The notes under the pieces: model-generated
Seen by the model: the letters and a program-made list of their open reading frames with translations, nothing else
What the model was told of the DNA's origin: nothing
The model's database searches: none
Translations under genes and position numbers: made by a program
Origin: Ichthyobacteriaceae bacterium
GTDB lineage: Bacteria > Bacteroidota > Bacteroidia > Flavobacteriales > JADGDT01
DNA length: 56,358 nt
Assembly: GCA_016744755.1 (NCBI GenBank)
Contig: JADGDT010000005.1
Span: 9,691 to 66,048 of the forward strand
Direction of reading: 5' to 3'
In this document: positions 1-8,954 of the stretch, in pieces
Layout: each line of letters opens with the position of its first letter
How positions within the stretch are numbered: the first letter of the stretch is position 1

Positions 1-2
1 AT

Positions 3-881
3 GAATTTTTGGGCAAACAATCCGAGTCTATTTCTTTCCTTTTGAAATATATTGACAGGGTACCTTACAGTCAGATTGCTTGGCATCAATTAGGACTTCT
101 GTACTATATTATTGAAGATTACAAAAAAGCTATTTGGGCTTTCGATTACGCTACTGTTGTGGACGACGCCTTTTTAGGTGCATTTTTCGAGAAGGCTAAA
201 TGTCACGAAGAACTAGAAGAGTACAAGGAAGCAATAGATATTTATAAAAAAGTTCAAAATATGGCAGACCCTACAGCTTGGACTTATCACAGATTGGGAG
301 ATGTATATTTGAAAGTTGAAGATGCAGAGCAAGCCTTGGTTAATTTTTTCAATGCCATACACGAAGATCCAATGCATGCAGAAGCTTGGTATAAAATTGC
401 ACTTTTGTATTCTATTTATTCCCAATCTAAAAAATCGTTGGAGTACGCCGAAAGAGCTGTAGAAATAGAATTTGACAATATTTTATACAATACATTTTTG
501 GCAAGACTATACATGCGACTTTCAAAATTTGAACAAGCAGATAAAATATACGAGAATCTTATTTCTTACGAAGTTGATGATGCAAATATTTGGATAGAAT
601 ATTTTATTCTGTTGAATCAACTTGAGTTAAAAAATGATGCCGTAGATGTTTTGTTGAGATCGTTGAGTTATTTTCCCGAAAATGCTGAAATTTTATACCG
701 ATTGTCAGGTGTGCTTTTTGGTACTGATAGAGAAGAGGAAGCTGTAATTTTTATGAGAGAAGCGTTGAATATAGATTTCGATAAAAAAGAAGTGCTTAAA
801 ATTAATTATCCTCTGGTTTATCACAATGAGTATGTACAGGATATGATTTTTGCATTCAAACATCAAGATAAATTCTTCTAG
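3..881 (+). CDS. Tetratricopeptide repeat protein, 5'-truncated by window edge
   Basis: Frame is open from base 3. Repeated TPR-like helices (AWHQLGLLY, WTYHRLGDVY, AEAWYKIALLY, AEILYRLSG). Confidence 0.85.
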   Translation, partial: EFLGKQSESISFLLKYIDRVPYSQIAWHQLGLLYYIIEDYKKAIWAFDYATVVDDAFLGAFFEKAKCHEELEEYKEAIDIYKKVQNMADPTAWTYHRLGDVYLKVEDAEQALVNFFNAIHEDPMHAEAWYKIALLYSIYSQSKKSLEYAERAVEIEFDNILYNTFLARLYMRLSKFEQADKIYENLISYEVDDANIWIEYFILLNQLELKNDAVDVLLRSLSYFPENAEILYRLSGVLFGTDREEEAVIFMREALNIDFDKKEVLKINYPLVYHNEYVQDMIFAFKHQDKFF

Positions 882-954
882 TAGAGATGCGATGCTCCGT
901 GTCATAATATGAATATTGATACATTACATAAATATAGGATAGGATTACAATTTT

Positions 955-1042
955 GCATGAGGGATAGAGCCGGCATCCCCCGATTTTTATCGGGGATATA
1001 GGTGAAAGCCCGATCCTGAAGTCCTAGCGTAAGGACATGCCC
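955..1042 (+). repeat. Structured repeat/ncRNA copy 1 (Flavo-1-like)
   Basis: GCATG-AGGGATAGAGCCGGCATCC..stem..GATATAGGTGAAAGCCCG..CATGC-CC; homologous to 15406-15508 and 42135-42283. Confidence 0.7.
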
Positions 1043-1190
1043 AGAGAATAATCATAATTGATAGCTTTATTCAATTTAATAATAAGATAAATAGTTGATA
1101 TACGTCTAAAAACTTTATTTTTATATCAGTTAAATAAATCAACCCCCAAGATTTATCGGGGTAATAATTAACCTAAAACAACAACAAAAA

Positions 1191-1652
1191 ATGACACATT
1201 TAAATATAGGAGATAAAGCACCCGATTTCAAAGGGTTAGATCAGAATGGCGAAGAGGTAAAATACTCTGATTATGCAGGTAAAAAAGTGGTTTTATTCTT
1301 CTATCCAAAAGCTAGTACACCTGGTTGTACTGCCGAAGCAAAAGATTTGAGAGATCACTACGAGGATTTAAAATCAAAAGGATACGAAGTTATCGGAGCT
1401 AGTGCCGATTCGCAAAAAAGACAACTCAATTTCTGTACTAAAAACGAGTTGCCTTACAAGTTAATTGCCGACGAAGAAAAGGAAATAATAAATGCTTACG
1501 GTGTTTGGGGTCCTAAAAAAATGGCAGGACGTGAGTACGAAGGTATTTATAGGACAACATTTGTAATTGACGAGAACGGAGTTTTAGAAGATGTAATTAC
1601 CAAAGTAAAAACTAAAGAACACACAGCTCAGATTTTAACAAAAAGCTTATAG
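1191..1652 (+). CDS. bcp: Thioredoxin-dependent thiol peroxidase (BCP/PrxQ)
   Basis: FYPKASTPGCTAEA peroxidatic motif; GDKAPDF start; RTTFVID. Confidence 0.95.
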   Translation: MTHLNIGDKAPDFKGLDQNGEEVKYSDYAGKKVVLFFYPKASTPGCTAEAKDLRDHYEDLKSKGYEVIGASADSQKRQLNFCTKNELPYKLIADEEKEIINAYGVWGPKKMAGREYEGIYRTTFVIDENGVLEDVITKVKTKEHTAQILTKSL

Positions 1653-1736
1653 GATAACCGAAGTAAATTTCTATTTTTAACAGATAGAATATAAAAAGAA
1701 AACAGATTGAAAACCAAACAATTAGATTTAGATATA

Positions 1737-2747
1737 ATGAGTTCAGACAAAGATGCGAAGTTAAAAGCGTTACAGATGACCCTCGACAAAATGGATAAAA
1801 CCTACGGAAAGGGAGCTGTAATGAGGTTGGGAGATAGTGCAGTGGAAGAAGTAGAGGTAATTCCTTCTGGTTCTTTGGGAATTGATATAGCACTTGGTGT
1901 TGGAGGATACCCAAGAGGTAGAGTTGTTGAGATTTACGGACCAGAATCGTCTGGAAAAACAACCCTTACTTTACACGCTATTGCTGAAGTTCAGAAGCAA
2001 GGAGGTATAGCCGCTTTTATTGATGCAGAACACGCTTTCGATAGATTTTACGCTGAGAGTTTGGGAATTGATGTTGAGAATTTAATTATATCGCAACCAG
2101 ATAATGGAGAGCAGGCTCTTGAAATTGCTGATAACCTTATCCGTTCGGGAGCTATAGATTTATTGGTAGTTGACTCTGTTGCTGCACTTACACCAAAAGC
2201 TGAGATTGAAGGAGAAATGGGAGATTCTCGTATGGGACTTCACGCTAGATTAATGTCGCAAGCTTTACGTAAAATGACAGGTTCGGTTAGTAAAACTAAG
2301 TGTACAGTTATTTTCATTAACCAATTGCGTGAGAAAATTGGTGTTATGTTCGGTAATCCTGAAACAACAACTGGAGGTAATGCATTGAAATTCTACGCTT
2401 CTGTTCGTGTTGATATTCGCCGTTCTACTCAAATTAAAAACGCTGATGCTGTAATTGGTAATAGAACAAAGGTTAAGATTGTAAAGAATAAAGTAGCACC
2501 ACCTTTCCGTACTGCAGAATTTGATATTATGTATGGCGAAGGAATTTCTAAGGTTGGAGAAATTATAGATCAAGGAGTTGAGCACGGAATTATCAAGAAA
2601 AGTGGATCGTGGTTTAGCTACTCTGAAACTAAACTTGGTCAGGGACGTGATTCTGTTAAAAAAATAGTTTTAGATAACCCTGAGTTGTTAGTAGAACTTG
2701 AAGAAAAAATTAAGAAGGCCATCAAAGGAGATGATGCTGAGGAGTAA
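1737..2747 (+). CDS. recA: Recombinase RecA
   Basis: GPESSGKTT Walker [24 protein letters not shown] at 1737 preferred over TTG at 1707. Confidence 0.99.
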   Translation: MSSDKDAKLKALQMTLDKMDKTYGKGAVMRLGDSAVEEVEVIPSGSLGIDIALGVGGYPRGRVVEIYGPESSGKTTLTLHAIAEVQKQGGIAAFIDAEHAFDRFYAESLGIDVENLIISQPDNGEQALEIADNLIRSGAIDLLVVDSVAALTPKAEIEGEMGDSRMGLHARLMSQALRKMTGSVSKTKCTVIFINQLREKIGVMFGNPETTTGGNALKFYASVRVDIRRSTQIKNADAVIGNRTKVKIVKNKVAPPFRTAEFDIMYGEGISKVGEIIDQGVEHGIIKKSGSWFSYSETKLGQGRDSVKKIVLDNPELLVELEEKIKKAIKGDDAEE

Positions 2748-2769
2748 TCACCAATGAATATAAAACAGG

Positions 2770-2803
2770 AAGGCCGTTCGATTAATATTGAACGGCCTTT
2801 TTT
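2770..2803 (+). terminator. Intrinsic terminator after recA
   Basis: aaggccgttc/gaacggcctt stem followed by T-tract. Confidence 0.85.
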
Positions 2804-2839
2804 GTTTTAAAGATGTAGCTTTAAAACAATGAAAACGTA

Positions 2840-4054
2840 ATGATAAAAGCAATTAACAGATATTATTTCAATAGCTTCAGGAATCTTTCTAGGGAGGTTT
2901 GGTGGCTATCGTTGATAACTTTTATCAACAGAGCAGGAACTATGGTTATTCCTTTCCTCACAATTTACTTAACAAGACATCTTGATTTTTCTTTGAGTCA
3001 GGTAGGTTGGATAATGATGAGTTTTGGAGGAGGATCTGTTGTGGGTTCTTGGCTAGGAGGTAAACTTACCGATAGATTTGGTTACTACAAAGTAATGAGT
3101 ATTAGTTTGTTCCTAACAGGTTTAATGTTTATTTCCTTGCAATTTCTCACCACTTTCTATACTGTCTTAATTGCTGTTTTTTTTGTGATGAGTATTGCCG
3201 ATACATTCCGGCCAGCTCTTTTTGTTGCATTAAAACAATTTAGCAACGACGAAACTCAAACTCGATCTGTAACACTTATAAGGCTAGCCATAAATCTTGG
3301 TTTCTCTATGGGTCCAGCAATAGGAGGTTTTATAATTACTAATTGGAGTTACTCAGGTTTATTTTGGATAGATGGTATTACTTGTATTATTGCCACTTTG
3401 GTATTTGTGATGGTTATTAGAAATGTAGAAGATGTTATTTCAGAAGATGTAGGAGTAGAGGATAATGTAAACTTAATAGAAAATATACCTGTTTATAAAG
3501 ATAAGAGATATATGCTTTTCATACTTGTTACATTTTTGATGGGTTTTGTTTTTATGCAAGTATTTTTTACGGTTCCAATTTTTTATAGAGAAGTTTTCAA
3601 TATCAATGAGGAACAAATAGGTTTGTTATTATCTATGAATGGATTGTTGATATTCTTTTTGGAGATGCCTCTGGTACACGAAGTAGAATTGAGAAATATT
3701 TCAAAAATAAAGATAATCAGGTACAGCCTTTTTCTAATAGCCATAAGTTATTTTGTTTTCAATATTGATGGAGGTATTTGGATTCTGATTGTAAATATGT
3801 TGTTTATTACAGTTGGCGAAATGTTTGGATTTCCATTTACAAACTCAATTGCAATGACTAGTGCTCCCAAGGGAAAGGAAGGTAGTTACATGGCAATGTA
3901 CACAATGGCATTTTCGCTAGCTCATCTCTTTAGTGCTAAGCTAGGTTTTATATGGATAGATAGTTTTGGGTTTGCAACAACTTGGTACATCGTTGGAGGT
4001 ATAGGACTTGTGGCATTTGTTTTATCCTTTTGGATTAAACGTATAGAGAGTTAA
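2840..4054 (+). CDS. Major facilitator superfamily transporter
   Basis: About 12 hydrophobic segments; motif A GKLTDRFG; NLGFSMGPAIGG. Confidence 0.9.
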   Translation: MIKAINRYYFNSFRNLSREVWWLSLITFINRAGTMVIPFLTIYLTRHLDFSLSQVGWIMMSFGGGSVVGSWLGGKLTDRFGYYKVMSISLFLTGLMFISLQFLTTFYTVLIAVFFVMSIADTFRPALFVALKQFSNDETQTRSVTLIRLAINLGFSMGPAIGGFIITNWSYSGLFWIDGITCIIATLVFVMVIRNVEDVISEDVGVEDNVNLIENIPVYKDKRYMLFILVTFLMGFVFMQVFFTVPIFYREVFNINEEQIGLLLSMNGLLIFFLEMPLVHEVELRNISKIKIIRYSLFLIAISYFVFNIDGGIWILIVNMLFITVGEMFGFPFTNSIAMTSAPKGKEGSYMAMYTMAFSLAHLFSAKLGFIWIDSFGFATTWYIVGGIGLVAFVLSFWIKRIES

Positions 4055-4122
4055 TAGTTTCAAAATATTGAGGGTATATTCCTAAATGAGTTTTAATAGA
4101 GGAGTTTAGAGTGTTTTAAGCT

Positions 4123-5310
4123 CTAGTCTATTTGTGCTTTGGAAAACAACAAAGAAGCAAATGCCACAAACATCAACGCAGAATAAACAGCAATCCACAG
4201 CATAGTATTGGGTAAGGAAATACCTAATCCCAGTGAAACAAGTAAGAATTCTGTTCCTAACCATCCACTCCAAAAGAAAACATTATATATTTTTAAACGA
4301 GGTAGCAAGTTTAATTCTTGGAATAAGAAAATAAGAAAAGGGGTTACAATACCTAAGAATATCCAATGCAGGTAAGCTATTTGTAAAAAATGATTCCCTA
4401 CATTAAACCAAGGTTGGTAAGGTAGGTTTACAATCAACTCGAAAAGATATTTGCTTTCCCAAATTATCATTATCACCATTAAGATAACCTTAGTTCCTTT
4501 TGTAAAAATATCTTCTGAAAATATAACACTTTTAAGCATGGGAACTAAAACCATGTAAAAACCTAAGAGTTGTATTGCACTATTTAAGAAGAATAAGTAT
4601 TCTGTCCAGACGGGGAAATTAAGCCAGTAGAGGCTATCAAAATAACTAACTATTAATGTTGAAAACATCAGGTATAAACCTAGTTGATATTTCTTACCAA
4701 CTATAAGTATCGTTTTTCCTTCGAGGTATGAAACTAAAATTGAAATAATCGTGAAAACAAACCAAGTATTGTAGTGAAAATGCAAATAGAAATTAATACC
4801 AATATTTATGCTTTCTCCTTCAAATATTACTCCATTCTTTATTAGAGGAATAAGAATAGGTCCAACGCTAGATATTAAAAACCCAATAATACCTAGTTGT
4901 AATGGGGTTCTAAGTTTTGTAGAAATAGTTTTTGATTTCTGAAACATTTTTAACATTCCCCAGTAAGCAACAACTATGTGAATACTTAGTAGGGCAATAG
5001 GAATTTTGCTATAACCAAATGCAAAGAAAGATAAAAATATAAGATTGCTAATTGCAAACTCTACCCAAAACCAAATTCTGAATGTCTTATTATCGAACAA
5101 ATTGGTAATTACAAATTTGTTAATCATCCAAATTAAAGCACTAAATACCCAACCTAAAAATGCTAAATGAGAATGTGCTTGGCGTAAGTTATATTGGTTA
5201 AATTCAAGATTTATAAAAGGAGCTAATCGCAATAGTAAGCCACCTCCTGCAGCTACAGCCAAAGTTGCAATAATAAATTTTACTCCTATATTTTTATTAA
5301 TCAAACTCAC
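4123..5310 (-). CDS. Polytopic membrane protein with conserved His motifs (uncharacterised; possibly heme/Cu-binding)
   Basis: About 12 TM segments; AHSHLAFLGW, FYLHFHYNTW, IAYLHWIFLG; GTG start. Confidence 0.7.
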   Translation of the reverse strand: MSLINKNIGVKFIIATLAVAAGGGLLLRLAPFINLEFNQYNLRQAHSHLAFLGWVFSALIWMINKFVITNLFDNKTFRIWFWVEFAISNLIFLSFFAFGYSKIPIALLSIHIVVAYWGMLKMFQKSKTISTKLRTPLQLGIIGFLISSVGPILIPLIKNGVIFEGESINIGINFYLHFHYNTWFVFTIISILVSYLEGKTILIVGKKYQLGLYLMFSTLIVSYFDSLYWLNFPVWTEYLFFLNSAIQLLGFYMVLVPMLKSVIFSEDIFTKGTKVILMVIMIIWESKYLFELIVNLPYQPWFNVGNHFLQIAYLHWIFLGIVTPFLIFLFQELNLLPRLKIYNVFFWSGWLGTEFLLVSLGLGISLPNTMLWIAVYSALMFVAFASLLFSKAQID

Positions 5311-5350
5311 TACTAATTACTTATTACTAATCACAACTAACTAAACTTAG

Positions 5351-6886
5351 CTATAAATCTTTATTAAAAAATACTCCCGAATTACTTTTTCTTTCTTTAG
5401 AATGCTCAACAATTAATTGAGAAATACTTAAAAGGTTTCTAAATTCTAGAGACTTTATAGTGTAGGCTTTGCTATGAATTAACTTCTCGAAATTACTTGA
5501 TATTTTTTCAACTTCTTTTGCCATAGTATTTATTGATTCGTCAGACTTTTCTACAGCCATGTACGAACTCATAAGCCATTGTAATTTTTTACGAAGTTCT
5601 TTTAAAGGTAAGTCTAGCGATATATTTTTGTTGATAACAGGATGCCAAAAATCGTCGACATCTACTTCAAATTCAATATTATCAAATTCGTTTAAAGTAT
5701 TTTTATACGATTGATTGGCATACACAACGGCTTCTAACAACGAGTTTGATGCTAGTCTATTTGTGCCATGTAAACCTGTTGACGAACATTCGCCACAAGC
5801 ATACATGCCATTTAAAGAGGATTTTCCTTTTTTGTTTACCGAAATCCCCCCGCACAAATAATGAGCAGCAGGTGCTACAGGTATGTAATCCTTTTTTAGG
5901 TTAAGTCCTAATTCTTTGCACTTAGCAAAGATTACAGGAAAATGTTTTTCGAATCCGTTGTCTTGAATATGAGTAACATCAAGGTAAACGTAAGGAATAG
6001 TTGAATTTCTAATCTCATTTAGATTGGCTCTTGCAACAATATCTCTTGGCGCTAAATCTTTGCGAACATCATATTTTTCCATGTAAGCTTCGCCATTTTC
6101 ATTTCTAAGTATTGCCCCTGCTCCACGTACAGCTTCTGAGATTAAAAAAGCTCTATCACCAATATCTCCAAAAAGAGCTGTAGGATGAAATTGCACCAAT
6201 TCCATACCTTCTACATTTGCTCCAATACGATATGCAAGTGCAATACCATCGCCAGTAGCAACATTAGGATTTGTTGTAATTTTATAAACCTGACCAATTC
6301 CTCCAGTAGCTATAAATACAATTTTAGAGACAACGGTTTCTACCTTTTCACTCTCAGCATTGTAAATATATGCTCCAATAACTCTGTTGTTACTTTTGTT
6401 GTTTATTAGCTCTAATGCAAAATTATGATGTAGAAGTTCTATGTTACTTAGGTTTTCAGCCTGTCGTAGTAATTTGTCCTGAATCTCTTTACCTGTAAAA
6501 TCTTTGTGATGAAGAACTCTATTTTTGCTGTGTCCTCCTTCGAGACCTAAGTCATATTTGCCTTTATTATTCTTGTCGAAATCTACTCCCCAGTTTATAA
6601 GATCATCAATAGATTCAGAAGCTTCACTTACAACCATTTCAACAATTTCCTTGTCGTTTTTATGATCTCCTGCAATCATGGTATCCTCAACGTGTTTGTT
6701 TACCTGATCGTTTGAACATGGTAATACACCTGCAATTCCACCCTGAGCATACTGTGTATTTGAATTGTCGAATCCTTCCTTAGAAAGAACCATTATTTTT
6801 GATTTAGGCCATTTTGATGCTACCTTAATAGCATAACTCAATCCCGCAATTCCTGCTCCAATTACTAGAAAATCTCTTTTAATCAT
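5351..6886 (-). CDS. nadB: L-aspartate oxidase
   Basis: GAGIAG FAD motif, YAQGGIA, EGGHS, QFHPT, SEAVRG, RLASNSLLE. Confidence 0.97.
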   Translation of the reverse strand: MIKRDFLVIGAGIAGLSYAIKVASKWPKSKIMVLSKEGFDNSNTQYAQGGIAGVLPCSNDQVNKHVEDTMIAGDHKNDKEIVEMVVSEASESIDDLINWGVDFDKNNKGKYDLGLEGGHSKNRVLHHKDFTGKEIQDKLLRQAENLSNIELLHHNFALELINNKSNNRVIGAYIYNAESEKVETVVSKIVFIATGGIGQVYKITTNPNVATGDGIALAYRIGANVEGMELVQFHPTALFGDIGDRAFLISEAVRGAGAILRNENGEAYMEKYDVRKDLAPRDIVARANLNEIRNSTIPYVYLDVTHIQDNGFEKHFPVIFAKCKELGLNLKKDYIPVAPAAHYLCGGISVNKKGKSSLNGMYACGECSSTGLHGTNRLASNSLLEAVVYANQSYKNTLNEFDNIEFEVDVDDFWHPVINKNISLDLPLKELRKKLQWLMSSYMAVEKSDESINTMAKEVEKISSNFEKLIHSKAYTIKSLEFRNLLSISQLIVEHSKERKSNSGVFFNKDL

Positions 6887-6958
6887 TTATGGAAAGCTTT
6901 AAGCTTATGATTTTTGATTCTAAATAAGTTTACTGTATTCAGTAAAAAGCTATATTTT

Positions 6959-7921
6959 TTATTTCGACATTTCCAACATCCTATTTATAGAAGGAAGTGC
7001 TAGGTCTATTGTTTCTTGCTCCAAGATAACCTCTGGAGTATCATTTTTCATGCAATTATAAAGCTTTTCTATAGTATTCATTTTCATGTATGTACATTCG
7101 CTACAATTGCAAATATAATCGTCTTTTACAGGTACTGGGATTAGAGTTTTGCTTGGCGCAACCTTCTTCATCTCGTGAAGTATTCCCATTTCTGTAGCAA
7201 CAATAAATGATTTAGCTTCTGCTGTTTTTACGTACTCAATAAGTTTAGCGGTAGAACCTATAAAATCTGCAACGTTTAATACGGGTGCTTCTGATTCTGG
7301 ATGAGCAATAAGTTCAGCTCCAGGATTCTCTTTCATTAAATCGGTAATTTTTTCTAGAGAAAAAGCTTCGTGAACCATGCACGAACCATCCCAAAGAATC
7401 ATATCTCTTCCAGTTTGTTTATTGATGTATGCACCAAGATTCCTGTCTGGACCAAAAATTATTTTTTCATCTGCCGGTAATTGATTAATCAATTTTTCGG
7501 CATTAGAAGAAGTTACAACTAGATCTGTAACTGTTTTTACAGCTGCCGATGCATTTACATATGTAATAACTGTGTGATCGGGATGTTTCTCTACAAAAGG
7601 TTTAAACTCTTCTATTGGGCATGATTCTGCCAACGAGCAACCTGCTTCCATATCGGGTAAAACTACTTTTTTTGAAGGGTTAAGAATTTTTGCAGTTTCT
7701 GCCATAAAATGTACTCCGCAAAAAACAATTATATCGGCATCAACATTAGCAGCTATTTGTGCTAATTGTAAACTGTCGCCTACATAATCACCCAATTCTT
7801 GTATCTCAGGTATTTGGTAGTAATGAGCTAGAATTACCGCGTTCTTTTCTTTTTTTAATCTCTTTATTTCAGCTACGTAGTCTATGCTTGCGTTCGCTGT
7901 ATTTGAATCTGTTAATGCCAT
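6959..7921 (-). CDS. nadA: Quinolinate synthase
   Basis: ILAHYYQ, GDSL, CGVHFMAE, AGCSLA, CMVH, HPE, C..MKM. Confidence 0.97.
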   Translation of the reverse strand: MALTDSNTANASIDYVAEIKRLKKEKNAVILAHYYQIPEIQELGDYVGDSLQLAQIAANVDADIIVFCGVHFMAETAKILNPSKKVVLPDMEAGCSLAESCPIEEFKPFVEKHPDHTVITYVNASAAVKTVTDLVVTSSNAEKLINQLPADEKIIFGPDRNLGAYINKQTGRDMILWDGSCMVHEAFSLEKITDLMKENPGAELIAHPESEAPVLNVADFIGSTAKLIEYVKTAEAKSFIVATEMGILHEMKKVAPSKTLIPVPVKDDYICNCSECTYMKMNTIEKLYNCMKNDTPEVILEQETIDLALPSINRMLEMSK

Positions 7922-7954
7922 TTTTCTCTATTTCTTGAAAATCGAAAATTTTGC

Positions 7955-7962
7955 CAAATTTA
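7955..7962 (-). promoter_or_regulatory. Bacteroidota sigma-70 -7 box for nadA
   Basis: TAAATTTG matches TAnnTTTG, 34 nt before the ATG. Confidence 0.55.
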
Positions 7963-8055
7963 GTATTTCTTTTAATATGTTGAGTTGTTTAATTGCCTTA
8001 TGTTTAGTTGTTGTAAGTATCAGTTTTACACTCTACATTCAACAAAAATCAACAC

Positions 8056-8829
8056 TTAATAAACAGAAGCTTTAACACCCTCTTTTTGCAATCTTTGAGA
8101 GATTTCTTCAAGTTTATCGGCATCTATAGTTTCTAAGTTATCTGTAGGAGTATCTCGTTCTAGAGAGTAAATCATAACATCACTCGGATTTATTTTTTTA
8201 ACAAGTTCTATCCATGCCGAAACTTCTTCTTCGGTAGTATTATCGAATTTATCTCCTTTGTATTCTCCTCTCAAGAATAGTGTTTGAATAACTACTTTAT
8301 CTGCTAATTTTTTGTAATGCTCTGCCAAATATTCTAACGATCTTTTTGTCTTTGGTCTGTCAATAAGGTGATAAGTTTTATCGGTACCAGCATCTAGTTT
8401 TAGTACAGGCAAATCTACCTTGTGTAGAGCCTCTCTTATTCCGTCTTTGTTAATTAACAATCCATTAGATAAAACTGCAACATTAGCTTTAGGGTAATAC
8501 TTATCTCTCAGAGCCATAGATAAGTCTATAATTCTAGGGAATTCAGGATGAACAGTAGGTTCTCCGTTACCCGCAAATGTGAAAGAATCTACATTTACAC
8601 CTTCAGCTTTTATTTTTATTAAGTAGTTTTCAAACTCTTCAGCAACCTCTTCGTAACTTGGCAATTCTATTTTATGATTTGGTGGTAATGTCCAACCACA
8701 CTCACAGTAAACACAATCAAGGTTACATAACTTATAGTCGTTTGGCAAAAGGTTAATTCCTAGCGAATCGCCAAACCTTCTACTTTTGATTGGTCCAAAT
8801 ATCGTTTTGTCGAATAAAAAAGTCCCCAT
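8056..8829 (-). CDS. Radical SAM protein (TYW1-like/COG0731 type)
   Basis: CNLDCVYC (CxxxCxxC), FGPIKSRRFGDSLGINL, FAGNGEPT. Confidence 0.88.
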   Translation of the reverse strand: MGTFLFDKTIFGPIKSRRFGDSLGINLLPNDYKLCNLDCVYCECGWTLPPNHKIELPSYEEVAEEFENYLIKIKAEGVNVDSFTFAGNGEPTVHPEFPRIIDLSMALRDKYYPKANVAVLSNGLLINKDGIREALHKVDLPVLKLDAGTDKTYHLIDRPKTKRSLEYLAEHYKKLADKVVIQTLFLRGEYKGDKFDNTTEEEVSAWIELVKKINPSDVMIYSLERDTPTDNLETIDADKLEEISQRLQKEGVKASVY

Positions 8830-8954
8830 TGTTTTTTCTTTTTCTAATGATAGAAGAATTTAAGGTCGCAAATGTAAAATATTTAAAATCATTCTTGATA
8901 GTGGATGTAATTAATTTTGAAGATTTTAGTTGAAGGATGTAGAAGGGAAAAGAA

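Noticed and set aside
881-905. GTAG-type REP remnant gtagagatgcgatgctccgtgtc
   Set aside because: Single, poorly palindromic copy; cannot be supported within this window.
1707-1736. Upstream TTG/GTG starts given for recA, glutaminyl cyclase, lrgB, ruvX, phosphoesterase and guaA
   Set aside because: Extensions lack family similarity or overlap -7 boxes or repeats; downstream ATGs fit better.
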